Virus record (IMG/VR): IMGVR_UViG_3300021961_000021
Length of the DNA: 64,000 nt
Source of the DNA: a virus
Strand: one strand, 5' to 3'
Below the pieces are notes generated by a model. That model was not told where the DNA came from. It did no database searches and saw only the letters and a list, made by a program, of their open reading frames with translations. Shown here one piece after another: positions 20,601-27,627 of the stretch. Each line of letters starts with the position of its first letter. The stretch's first letter is position 1. The position numbers and the translations under genes were made by a program.

Positions 20601-20779
20601 GCTTGCGAAGGATAGCACTGCCCAATCAAATTCTCAATGACACTATTGACCGTCTTCTGAGCTGGTTCCCCAGTAGAAGTTTTATTAACTGCTCCACCAC
20701 CAGATGCTACGGGTTCAGCAGCCCCAGTAGGTTCTGATGGATCACAGTTCTGTTCAAACCAACCGTTATCACCCGACAT
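17603..20779 (-). CDS. Large virion structural protein with DUF4114-like domain
   Basis: 1058 aa, Gly/Ser/Thr/Cys-rich. GYENTFGYY...LGFFLVPDG...WEDL...DDDYDD (DUF4114-like) and LYRYYNP...DHRYT repeat. Late promoter upstream. Confidence 0.65.
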   Translation of the reverse strand: MSGDNGWFEQNCDPSEPTGAAEPVASGGGAVNKTSTGEPAQKTVNSVIENLIGQCYPSQAPQSIRNFVPAADPAANKVSPIDVDLGFLFDWMQSVGMPLPLNSPSKIRFTNPDPADPTSGDLCLNGPDGGLVDCSKNYDYEQCIKDHIDCIFKPYSGGTWKPPQADCDTYVPKKQFGYTKKICVENCVAPRIPIYEHVSSTDYAYTLTSATPAGYSDTRIAFYGLETEEVRNSVPVYVSYSAQDTDTFLTTQPGAEKATMDAGNYGSRNTVMFYAFNESSDAVGALVDAEQAAPLYRYYNPNRKDHRYTLSPIGGPLLVPVLEKGYYRLTDKVESGLKIKFNSKKGSAGYENTFGYYLTDSNKNPVYGEVIFKNATDASGKKSYTIPASIINQYAPCRLGFFLVPDGNRRNSLSVGQSVTFTDTGNGWKSNLASAESNYTLFSEKRLNVNNKRFTRWTSTWWQWWEDLISGDDDYDDVKISFRLGYENSNWYFEGVQCYVFTELKAPVYRDLNYSDGCDGSVAVNTFKDAFIMRHGCGGVDEWDDSGASGCSACDGEYSTKNNITQTIGITKSGNLSLRSHGGITGGFGECTQFTYKLLKNGSQIFTDSVTVSEWREIGHLLHSFSVVEGDDITFQIVSVDNGHYNGTCSPAWAIWNEDSQSIEMNWTVNITTTSQTLEEIEAGYVSSAAVAKCGIPGQISLYDLDNSSNSTVAWNGSVTNNYLIVDPRPTYVDGSKKTSDNSLGIMMREVGGDKGFTVSIQYESISGGRMRFKVLGVLDTGNGGFRANQLERVFLGKNKTNGKKWFLGVRIDSINGSECPSSGAVVGMSFGASTEDAEQGNFGVPDPALMLVGSVNTGAYYDSAVNELAEVLFTDKLKDNSSSISDLYNEPVTFVQYLTRKLGANEDVNFYHDVIVPDGGNAFKVRMKGTVYIKEAYDLVEGVNESKAGYNIRWRIDSVVSAGTGYSDDQEYTYTWPDPNVIDNNGSNIESPYYPDNRNLPKKIKIKNFHLGILTRSAKWAIYQKSHDKTSTIWYSNASRAKTSQFRDYRIIIKDAQ

Positions 20780-20781
20780 AA

Positions 20782-20961
20782 TTAAATTTCTTCAACGATA
20801 ATTTCATACAGACCTGTAATATTAGATTCATTCAATGCGGTATCTTCATCCACAAATCTTCGTGCTCGTCTTCTATCCTTTGTCCACTTGGGGGAATCGC
20901 CAACTCTATCCTGAAAATAATCCCACCCGCCGACGAGTCCTGCTCTCTTAGCGATGTACAT
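20782..20961 (-). CDS. Small hypothetical protein (59 aa)
   Basis: Hand-translated MYIAKRAGLVGGWDYFQDRVG...EEI. Follows the late promoter at 20983. Confidence 0.55.
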   Translation of the reverse strand: MYIAKRAGLVGGWDYFQDRVGDSPKWTKDRRRARRFVDEDTALNESNITGLYEIIVEEI

Positions 20962-20993
20962 ATACCTGTTATGGAGATACTTTATTTAGATAG

Positions 20994-21023
20994 AAAAAAA
21001 GGACCTTCTTAGAGAAGGTCCTC
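20994..21023 (-). terminator. Rho-independent terminator
   Basis: AGGACCTTCT-CTA-AGAAGGTCCT followed by a T run. Confidence 0.8.
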
Positions 21024-21326
21024 AGAAAGTTTTTCAAGTTCTTCAAGAGTCATAGGTTTAGTTTCAACTCTACCGTTCAGAACATCATCAGCAAGTTGTG
21101 TCAGATACTCCAGGAATTCTTTAGGAAGAGTTTCGTCTTCACCAAGGGACTGCCAGAACCAAGATAGACATTCTTCATACGGATCGTCATACCACATCAA
21201 AGCATAGTCTTTGTAGTTGCCAGTCATTAGATCACACCAGTTTCTGAATGATCCTCGGATAGACTGCCAACCAGTCATCCAACAATGCCCAAAGTAATAC
21301 TCAACCCAGGTCAGTTTCTTCTGCAT
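21009..21326 (-). CDS. Hypothetical protein
   Basis: Trp-rich 105-aa ORF in a tightly packed small-gene cluster. Confidence 0.55.
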   Translation of the reverse strand: MQKKLTWVEYYFGHCWMTGWQSIRGSFRNWCDLMTGNYKDYALMWYDDPYEECLSWFWQSLGEDETLPKEFLEYLTQLADDVLNGRVETKPMTLEELEKLSEDLL

Positions 21327-21591
21327 CTTGTAGATAGTTATAGTTCCAGGTGTGGGCGATTAAATCAAAGGACAACGAGAAACGATGGACTGCTAACAAC
21401 ATTCCCAGTAAACCGTTGCTCCCTGCAGTCAACTGAATGTATGGCCAACTAGCATAGTCATCAAAAGAAACTGCGATTTGAAAAACAGATTTATCTTTTA
21501 GTGGACGTGGGTAATGTTTACCGAATTGAATAAGTTGCAGGTAGTATTCGGTCCCGAAATCTTTTCGGCAATTGAAGTTAATTAGATTCAT
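21301..21591 (-). CDS. Hypothetical protein
   Basis: 96-aa ORF overlapping its neighbours. Confidence 0.5.
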   Translation of the reverse strand: MNLINFNCRKDFGTEYYLQLIQFGKHYPRPLKDKSVFQIAVSFDDYASWPYIQLTAGSNGLLGMLLAVHRFSLSFDLIAHTWNYNYLQDAEETDLG

Positions 21592-22123
21592 CGGAGTTCA
21601 CAGCAGGTTTGTTACGATCTTTGTCCCAATAATAATTGGAATGTTCAGCATCTAATTTAGCACGTTTGTCGTAGTATTCAGACTCACGCAGATTGTACTC
21701 ACGGCACTGGTCTTTGTCATCTAGAGCACAATCATCTTCCAATGCTGTTCCCATCGGACCTTTCTTGAGTTTTGCCCATTCTTCTTCTGCTTTCTTCCAG
21801 TCCTCAAACTTACTACGGAGGTCTTCATCCATAGTCAGTTCATACTCAGCACATACCTTACGCTGATCTTCTTCTTTAGTCCAATCATTGAAGACAAGGG
21901 ACATTGCACCTGATCTGATAGATTCGGGTGCCATACCCACACACAGCATAAACTTCTCAAACAGTTTGAAATACTGTTTGGCATTCAGGTCTGCCGCTGG
22001 AGCAGTGATTACATAATGCTCTTCGGGGAGCATATCATCGTCAACAGTAGATCCAAACCCACCAGTATAAGTGCGGGTCCAGGTAGCATCAAATTTGAAT
22101 TGAACTTCAGCAGTGTAGGTCAT
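21578..22123 (-). CDS. Hypothetical protein
   Basis: 181-aa ORF coupled to its neighbours. Confidence 0.6.
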   Translation of the reverse strand: MTYTAEVQFKFDATWTRTYTGGFGSTVDDDMLPEEHYVITAPAADLNAKQYFKLFEKFMLCVGMAPESIRSGAMSLVFNDWTKEEDQRKVCAEYELTMDEDLRSKFEDWKKAEEEWAKLKKGPMGTALEDDCALDDKDQCREYNLRESEYYDKRAKLDAEHSNYYWDKDRNKPAVNSDESN

Positions 22124-22359
22124 TTAGGGCAGTGCAGGAAATACTTGTATTCAGCGAGAGCACCGTAGTGCCATTGAATTATATCACAGTCTTTGTAGGT
22201 GCCAACCACCTTGGTGGACTGTTCTTCATCTGTCACAGTCTTAGTGCCCGACATCGAGATAATGATGAGACAAAAAACAATAAAAACAATAAAAAACATA
22301 CTAGCACCAGCAACTCCACGCAGAAATTCTTTCAGAAATTCTTTATCAGATTCATTCAT
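22120..22359 (-). CDS. Small membrane-anchored protein
   Basis: TM helix then V.G.Y..CD..QW...Y.YFLHC. Confidence 0.55.
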   Translation of the reverse strand: MNESDKEFLKEFLRGVAGASMFFIVFIVFCLIIISMSGTKTVTDEEQSTKVVGTYKDCDIIQWHYGALAEYKYFLHCPK

Positions 22360-22591
22360 TTGCTAATTGCTCCATACCTTTGTCATTCTCTTGATAGAGT
22401 TTGTCTAGAGCATTGAGTGCTTGTTGTTCATTGAAACTCTCCCTGAATAGTTTCCAACCTTCTTCTAGTTGTTTGTCTGCCCATCCCCAGGCACCGTGCT
22501 CCATACCATCAATCTGGGCAGCATCAATCTCTTGTTTGATGAGATGACGTAGCATATCAATTTGTTCTTCAGTCATTTGAGTTTTGCCCAT
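22352..22591 (-). CDS. Hypothetical protein
   Basis: 79-aa ORF in the cluster. Confidence 0.5.
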   Translation of the reverse strand: MGKTQMTEEQIDMLRHLIKQEIDAAQIDGMEHGAWGWADKQLEEGWKLFRESFNEQQALNALDKLYQENDKGMEQLANE

Positions 22592-22788
22592 TCAGTAATG
22601 TTTGGATCATTACCCTCGTAAGAGTAATTCACATACAGATTATCACCACCGATATTCATATGATACATCTTACCATCATTCATATAGATGCCAATCCATA
22701 CAGCACGTCCTTCTTCCATCGTTTCGTAGTGTACCATCCTCACATCTTCAAGGACGATTTCATCAGGGTTCTTCACAAAGTGGCTCAT
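22573..22788 (-). CDS. Hypothetical protein
   Basis: 71-aa ORF; NPDEIVLE.V.MVH.E.M motif. Confidence 0.55.
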   Translation of the reverse strand: MSHFVKNPDEIVLEDVRMVHYETMEEGRAVWIGIYMNDGKMYHMNIGGDNLYVNYSYEGNDPNITEWAKLK

Positions 22789-22934
22789 TTACGTTTGATA
22801 ACAGAGATTACTTTTTGGTCTGGATACTGAGACTGTACTACCTGCAGAGCATCCTCATAGTCGATTGCATCTGAAACTAAATGATAATTCACACAATACT
22901 CTTCATTATCCCAGGTTTGAACTTCATAGGGCAT
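22785..22934 (-). CDS. Small hypothetical protein (49 aa)
   Basis: Hand-translated MPYEVQTWDNEEYCVNYHLVSDAIDYEDALQVVQSQYPDQKVISVIKRK. Fills the gap exactly. Confidence 0.55.
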   Translation of the reverse strand: MPYEVQTWDNEEYCVNYHLVSDAIDYEDALQVVQSQYPDQKVISVIKRK

Positions 22935-22935
22935 A

Positions 22936-23127
22936 TCAATCGTCAGTAAGATGGTCGGCACACATCAGTGTATCACATACGGGACAAGATTCTTCCTTCA
23001 ATTTAAGCAATACATCACGGATGTACGTTGTAGATTCAAGAAATTCTTTTGCATTTTGTCCACCCAATCGAACAAAATACAATTCTTCAATTGCTTGATT
23101 AATCATTTCGTCTCTCGTTTGTTCCAT
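22936..23127 (-). CDS. Hypothetical protein
   Basis: 63-aa ORF ending in CPVC...C..H. Confidence 0.45.
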   Translation of the reverse strand: MEQTRDEMINQAIEELYFVRLGGQNAKEFLESTTYIRDVLLKLKEESCPVCDTLMCADHLTDD

Positions 23128-23179
23128 AAGAATGGGGGGTCATTGGGACCCCCCTAGTTTAACAGATTTTAGTCACCTG

Positions 23180-23401
23180 TCAATCGCTGAGCAGACTTCG
23201 GCAAACCCTCTTACAGGTCTGCTGATCATCATCACATTCGATGAGGCAGTTAAAGTAATCGTTAATCAACTCAAGTTCATCAGTGCATCGGTCGATAGTT
23301 TCCTCAAAGTGATTCCATTCCGCTAACTGATTATAAGAAACAAGGTTGTGCATAATGTCCTCCACAGAAATGTATTGCCCATAATGTAGTTGGGTTTTCA
23401 T
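23180..23401 (-). CDS. Small Cys-rich protein
   Basis: C-terminal DYFNCLIECDDDQQTCKRVC. Extended -10 (TG-N-TAGAAT) upstream. Confidence 0.6.
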   Translation of the reverse strand: MKTQLHYGQYISVEDIMHNLVSYNQLAEWNHFEETIDRCTDELELINDYFNCLIECDDDQQTCKRVCRSLLSD

Positions 23402-23496
23402 CTCACCTTTCCTACCTCCATATTCTACCAATATCTAGTCTCACTTGATACAAATACTACACAAAAATTTATGCCTACGAGTTTATACTTAGACAC

Positions 23497-23520
23497 AAAA
23501 AAAGGACCCCGTAGGGTCCT
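23497..23520 (-). terminator. psbA terminator
   Basis: AGGACCC-TACG-GGGTCCT followed by T7. Confidence 0.85.
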
Positions 23521-23544
23521 AGTTGGATTCTTAGATTCCTAATA

Positions 23545-24624
23545 TCAACCGATGGAAGGAGCAGTCAGAGCAACAGGAGTTGCTTCAACGCTTGCCAGGT
23601 CCAGAGGGAAGTTGTGAGCGTTACGCTCGTGCATCACTTCCATACCGAGACCAGCACGGTTCAGGATGTCTGCCCAGGTGTTGATCACACGACCTTGACT
23701 ATCTTGAATGGACTGGTTGAAGTTGAAACCGTTGAGGTTGAATGCCATTGTGCTAACGCCCAGGGCAGTAAACCAGATACCGACAACAGGCCAAGCAGCA
23801 AGGAAAAAGTGTAGCGAACGAGAGTTGTTGAACGAAGCATATTGGAAGATAAGACGACCGAAATAACCGTGAGCGGCTACAATGTTGTAGGTCTCTTCTT
23901 CTTGTCCGAACTTATAACCGTAGTTCTGTGACTCGTTTTCGGTTGTTTCGCGGACAAGGGAAGACGTAACCAGACTTCCGTGCATAGCACTAAAGAGACT
24001 GCCACCAAATACCCCAGCCACGCCAAGCATATGGAACGGATGCATAAGAATATTGTGTTCTGCTTGGAAGACGAGCATATAGTTAAACGTGCCCGAGATT
24101 CCAAGAGGCATTGCATCGGAGAAGGAACCTTGACCGAAGGGATAAACCAGGAACACAGCAGATGCAGCAGCCACGGGAGCAGAATAAGCAACGCAAATCC
24201 AAGGACGCATCCCCAGACGATAAGAGAGTTCCCATTCACGACCCATATAAGCATAGATACCAATCAGGAAGTGGAAGACAACGAGTTGGAAAGGACCACC
24301 GTTGTAGAGCCATTCGTCTAGCGATGCTGCTTCCCAGATGGGATAGAGGTGCAGACCGATAGCATTAGAGGAAGGAACAACAGCACCAGAGATGATGTTA
24401 TTGCCCCACATAAGGGAACCAGCGACGGGTTCACGGATGCCGTCGATGTCCACAGGGGGAGCACCAATGAAGGCGATGATGAAACAAGTAGTAGCAGCAA
24501 GGAGACAGGGAATCATCAGGACACCAAACCAACCGACATAGAGACGGTTATCGGTAGAAGTGACCCAATTACAAAACTGATCCCACTGTGACTCTTGCCG
24601 TTGACGAGTAAGAGTAGCAGTCAT
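23545..24624 (-). CDS. psbA: Photosystem II D1 protein, uninterrupted
   Basis: [22 protein letters not shown] and HNFPLDLA; 359 aa. Confidence 0.99.
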   Translation of the reverse strand: MTATLTRQRQESQWDQFCNWVTSTDNRLYVGWFGVLMIPCLLAATTCFIIAFIGAPPVDIDGIREPVAGSLMWGNNIISGAVVPSSNAIGLHLYPIWEAASLDEWLYNGGPFQLVVFHFLIGIYAYMGREWELSYRLGMRPWICVAYSAPVAAASAVFLVYPFGQGSFSDAMPLGISGTFNYMLVFQAEHNILMHPFHMLGVAGVFGGSLFSAMHGSLVTSSLVRETTENESQNYGYKFGQEEETYNIVAAHGYFGRLIFQYASFNNSRSLHFFLAAWPVVGIWFTALGVSTMAFNLNGFNFNQSIQDSQGRVINTWADILNRAGLGMEVMHERNAHNFPLDLASVEATPVALTAPSIG

Positions 24625-24653
24625 AGTTTTATTAGAGCGGGTGTTAACGTTAG

Positions 24654-24738
24654 TTAAGTAAACAAAAAGTAACGAGATGAAACATTTCGTAACCTTTGTT
24701 TACTTATTTATAATAGTACGGTTTTCACCCACTGTCAA
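24654..24738 (-). promoter_or_regulatory. psbA hybrid sigma70/late promoter with hairpin leader (PhotoRC-II-like) and HLR1-like repeats
   Basis: TTGACA(24733-38)-17-TATTAT(24710-15) overlapping TAAATA(24705-10). AGTAAACAAAG.../...TTTTGTTTACT stem. 10-nt-periodic GTTAC-like repeats. Confidence 0.75.
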
Positions 24739-24751
24739 GCCCCTAGTCCAC

Positions 24752-24982
24752 TTAATCAACTGGTCCAATGTCGGAGTGCCACTCCAGATAATGCTCCATC
24801 AATTCCTGATCAAACCTTTCATTATCAAATGAGCGATAGATACCCTGCGACAAAATGTAATCTAAAAACTCGTAAGTGTAACTGGTGATACCACCATTAC
24901 AACAAAAAGACCGAAGGAGCCGCAAACGCCACTCCATTCGGTCATCGGTATATCGCCAGTCACTTTGATAGTTACTGTTCAT
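24752..24982 (-). CDS. Hypothetical protein
   Basis: 76-aa ORF. Confidence 0.5.
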   Translation of the reverse strand: MNSNYQSDWRYTDDRMEWRLRLLRSFCCNGGITSYTYEFLDYILSQGIYRSFDNERFDQELMEHYLEWHSDIGPVD

Positions 24983-25265
24983 TCGGAATCATCCTAATCT
25001 TTCTCGGATTATAGACACAGTTCTCTCCTAGTTCGCACAATTTAATATAATATTCAGCTTTGACCTGGGAGAGATCCATATATTGTTTGAGATCTCTCCA
25101 CTCATTACCTGTCTGAACTTGAAGTCTGTATCGTATCCGTGTCACATTAGGAAACCATCTCAATTGATATTTATGCGACGGATACCTCTTCAAATCTAGA
25201 AAGATAATTGTAAGCGTAGTGTGTACGAGCACCGTGGATACCCCATCCAATCCAAGAATAGGCAT
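24972..25265 (-). CDS. Hypothetical protein (true start probably GTG near 25145)
   Basis: ORF overlaps the upstream lysozyme gene; only the 3' half looks gene-like. Confidence 0.4.
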   Translation of the reverse strand: MPILGLDGVSTVLVHTTLTIIFLDLKRYPSHKYQLRWFPNVTRIRYRLQVQTGNEWRDLKQYMDLSQVKAEYYIKLCELGENCVYNPRKIRMIPNEQ

Positions 25266-25791
25266 AATTCATATACCTTTCGATGGATTTTCCAGGAACA
25301 CGCATCGCTGATTCAATTCGCTTCCACTGAGTTTCATTAGTTAAGTAACGAAGCTGGGTATGAAGTGATGAAGGATCACCACCATAACGGTTAGCGAAAG
25401 AACCAAGACCAATGTACCTGTTAGTTGAGGTCCATTGAATCAAACCATAACCACCATATCTACAAGCATTATACGAGACTCTACTACCACCCTCACAAAT
25501 GTTTGCGTGGAAGTTAGACTCCTGTTTAATGTTGCCCATAATGGCAGCCAACGAGTTTCGATCTCGGATCCCAACTTCTTGGAAATACGCGAGAGCGAGA
25601 CTTTCATTGTGGTTACACCCTTTACAAATTAGTCTTGTCTCTTTGGGTTCTGGAGCAACCTCTCTGGTCGCTGTCTTCTCAGGTACTGATGGAGGTGGAC
25701 CATCCATTTTGTAATTAGAGAATGGCAGTGTTGCCGTACTGGTTGTAACCGTTACCGCAAGGGGCAGGGCTACTGAAAGGAATTGTTGCAC
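25171..25791 (-). CDS. Secreted phage-tail-lysozyme (Phage_lysozyme2-like) cell-wall hydrolase
   Basis: GTG start, hydrophobic N-terminus, AAIMGNIKQESNF...GGYGLIQWT and Q..YL motifs. Confidence 0.8.
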   Translation of the reverse strand: MQQFLSVALPLAVTVTTSTATLPFSNYKMDGPPPSVPEKTATREVAPEPKETRLICKGCNHNESLALAYFQEVGIRDRNSLAAIMGNIKQESNFHANICEGGSRVSYNACRYGGYGLIQWTSTNRYIGLGSFANRYGGDPSSLHTQLRYLTNETQWKRIESAMRVPGKSIERYMNYAYSWIGWGIHGARTHYAYNYLSRFEEVSVA

Positions 25792-25800
25792 TAAAAATAA

Positions 25801-25867
25801 TAGAACTCTACATCCGAATAGAAGGGGGGTACACCTAACCTCTCAGCAGGCACCTTCCTCGGCTCTA
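25801..25867 (-). ncRNA. Unassigned structured 5' leader (candidate cis-regulatory RNA)
   Basis: Nested stems TAGAGC/GTTCTA, CCGA/TCGG, GGAAGG/CCTTCT and TGCCTG/TAGGTG with a CTGAGAG apical loop, ending 9 nt before the GTG. Confidence 0.5.
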
Positions 25868-25890
25868 AATCAAATCACATTCTCATAGTA

Positions 25891-25916
25891 AAAACCCGCC
25901 ACATTGTGACGGGTTT
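25891..25916 (-). terminator. Terminator after endolysin
   Basis: AAACCCGTCAC-AAT-GTGGCGGGTTT followed by TT. Confidence 0.75.
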
Positions 25917-25943
25917 ACATAGTATCAATTATTTAGGTGTTTG

Positions 25944-26477
25944 TCAACCCTTCTTCCACGCTTCGCCTTCTGCCTTACGGCGGCGAGCAAGACCTGCTTC
26001 TACGTTGGAACCAGGGTTGCGGTACATATAAAGAGCATCAGGAACTAAGTCCCATTCCTTATTTTTAAGTCGCTTAGTAATGGTATTAAAATCACCACTA
26101 CCGTAGAACCCAGCACCCAAATTATAAGCGAAAGAAAGAAGAGCACCTCTCTTACCATCACTCATTTCATTCCAATGAGGAATCTTTTGAAGTGCAGGAA
26201 TGAATTGCTTCTTGCACTGATCAATGAGAAGTTCATCTGCTTCTGCTTGAGTGAGAGTATCTCCCATTTGGAATGCAGAACCATCTTTCTTACGGGTTGA
26301 ACCCCAACCAATAGTGATTGGAAGTCCACCACTCAGAGGATCGGGATATGCATTTAAATGACATCCTTCAAATTCTTTGATCAATTTGATTCCCATCATA
26401 GGAACCTCACCACTTGCGGCAGCAGGAGCACTACTGCCGCTGGTTACTTTCCCAGAGGTTTGCCACAATGAGGACAT
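25944..26477 (-). CDS. GH24 lysozyme (endolysin catalytic domain); probably the C-terminal part of a -1 frameshift fusion
   Basis: IKEFEG.HL.AY.D......TIGWG.T, LLSFAYNLG and GL.RRRKAE. Confidence 0.92.
   Translation of the reverse strand: MSSLWQTSGKVTSGSSAPAAASGEVPMMGIKLIKEFEGCHLNAYPDPLSGGLPITIGWGSTRKKDGSAFQMGDTLTQAEADELLIDQCKKQFIPALQKIPHWNEMSDGKRGALLSFAYNLGAGFYGSGDFNTITKRLKNKEWDLVPDALYMYRNPGSNVEAGLARRRKAEGEAWKKG
26416..26453 (-). other. Putative programmed -1 ribosomal frameshift signal
   Basis: G-GGA-AAG heptamer (26447-53) directly before the TAA, 6-nt spacer, then 10-bp hairpin GCGGCAGTAG-TGCTC-CTGCTGCCGC. The -1 frame is the lysozyme frame. Confidence 0.75.
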
Positions 26478-26677
26478 ACATCTCCCGTTGGAGCGGCAGC
26501 AGCAGGTGCTGCAGGTGCTGCTGCACCTTTCTTACCTCTGTAGATTTCTGCCCAATCAATGTTATCTTCCAGATACTTGATAGGGAGATTATCTTCTAAC
26601 CATTGTACTGCTTTGACGTGGTTAGGGTTCTTCTCATCATAGAATTGAAAGAAGTTGTGTAAATCGATACGTGCCAT
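26444..26677 (-). CDS. Endolysin N-terminal domain protein (77 aa) ending in CPHCG
   Basis: MARIDLHNFF...NHV.AVQWLEDNLP, paralogous to the N-terminus of the upstream C39 peptidase. Ala/Pro linker. Confidence 0.75.
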   Translation of the reverse strand: MARIDLHNFFQFYDEKNPNHVKAVQWLEDNLPIKYLEDNIDWAEIYRGKKGAAAPAAPAAAAPTGDVCPHCGKPLGK

Positions 26678-26688
26678 TTTAGTTCTCC

Positions 26689-27360
26689 TCAATCAAAGAT
26701 GCGACCCCAACCATCGTTGCCACCTGGGCACCAACGATGCTTAAGAACTGCTTTTGTGTAAACGGTTTTCTTACCGTTCTCAACAGGACCACTGTAGTTA
26801 TCATTCAATGAACCATACGGATCATTAACGTAATAACCTTTACCATCAGGTGTCTTACCGATAACAACACACATATGACCACCTGTAGGGTTGGTCAGAG
26901 AACCACGATGTAGGATACCAATAACAACTGGTTTACCTGCATCAAGACTCTTGTCGATATCGGAGAAAGACAAGTTGTAACTAAAATGGGACTTGACACC
27001 ATACGCTTGCAGAACCTTAGTCTGTACAGCGTGGTCAGTTGTGTCACCAATTTCAAATACTTTCTTGACATATTCATCATCGCCTTTAATAGATCCAGGC
27101 TTGAGGAATGCAAGACACATTGCACAGGACGAACTGTTACAAGTTCTATGTGCGTCTCTATAGTTATCTACTTGATTGAAGTAGGGCACATCCAGCACTG
27201 CTGGTGTGGGAGGTTTGGTACGGAAGATAGAAACCCATTCGGTTTCAGAATCATCCATAAACGCTTCTGGAAGATTATCCTCCAACCACTGCACTGCGGC
27301 AACGTGATTGGGGTTCTTCTCATCATAATACTTAAAAAAGTTATGAAGATCTAAAGTCAT
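26689..27360 (-). CDS. Peptidase C39-like cell-wall hydrolase with the shared N-terminal domain
   Basis: LDVPYFNQ...C..SSCAM, GKPVV, GGH..V..G and Y.VNDPYG. Confidence 0.85.
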   Translation of the reverse strand: MTLDLHNFFKYYDEKNPNHVAAVQWLEDNLPEAFMDDSETEWVSIFRTKPPTPAVLDVPYFNQVDNYRDAHRTCNSSSCAMCLAFLKPGSIKGDDEYVKKVFEIGDTTDHAVQTKVLQAYGVKSHFSYNLSFSDIDKSLDAGKPVVIGILHRGSLTNPTGGHMCVVIGKTPDGKGYYVNDPYGSLNDNYSGPVENGKKTVYTKAVLKHRWCPGGNDGWGRIFD

Positions 27361-27398
27361 CGTATGCCGTGATGAGAGGCAAATGTATTTATGTAAAT

Positions 27399-27420
27399 AA
27401 AAAATGCCCCTTTCGGGGCA
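27399..27420 (-). terminator. Terminator after hli
   Basis: TGCCCC-GAAA-GGGGCA followed by a T run. Late promoter for the lysis genes at 27386-27391. Confidence 0.85.
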
Positions 27421-27427
27421 TCACCTA

Positions 27428-27535
27428 TCACCAAATTCCAGGAATGATCTGACCTGTTGCGGCATAGGAACCAATTGCGGCAACGATACCGATCATTGCT
27501 GCCCAACCATTAATACGTTCTGCATTTTCGTTCAT
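27428..27535 (-). CDS. hli: High-light inducible protein (35 aa)
   Basis: Hand-translated MNENAERINGWAAMIGIVAAIGSYAATGQIIPGIW, with ExxNGxxAMxG and TGQIIPG motifs. Confidence 0.93.
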   Translation of the reverse strand: MNENAERINGWAAMIGIVAAIGSYAATGQIIPGIW

Positions 27536-27627
27536 TGTTTTTCTCCTTTTTTAGTGTAATAGATTCCGCCACCAACAGTAATGGCAGTAGTGAGTGCAAA
27601 GAATACTACAATAAGTGCTGTTGTCAT
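27532..27627 (-). CDS. Single-TM micro-peptide (31 aa)
   Basis: MTTALIVVFFALTTAITVGGGIYYTKKGEKQ. ATGA-type overlaps on both sides. Confidence 0.5.
   Translation of the reverse strand: MTTALIVVFFALTTAITVGGGIYYTKKGEKQ

Noticed and set aside
23545-24624. Intron or homing endonuclease in psbA (also checked nrdA, nrdB, thyX and g43)
   Set aside because: All are continuous ORFs of normal length with no visible intein or intron insertion.
25810-25856. TPP riboswitch (GGTGC...GCTGAGA...ACCC)
   Set aside because: Only the first half resembles TPP. The CCUGA/UAAU/GCG pyrophosphate-sensing arm is missing and P3 cannot form. Kept as an unassigned RNA.
26482-26486. Upstream SD acting as frameshift stimulator
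   Set aside because: GGGAG lies about 29 nt before the slippery site, beyond the roughly 10-14 nt spacing known for -1 stimulation. It may instead serve the ATG at 26477.
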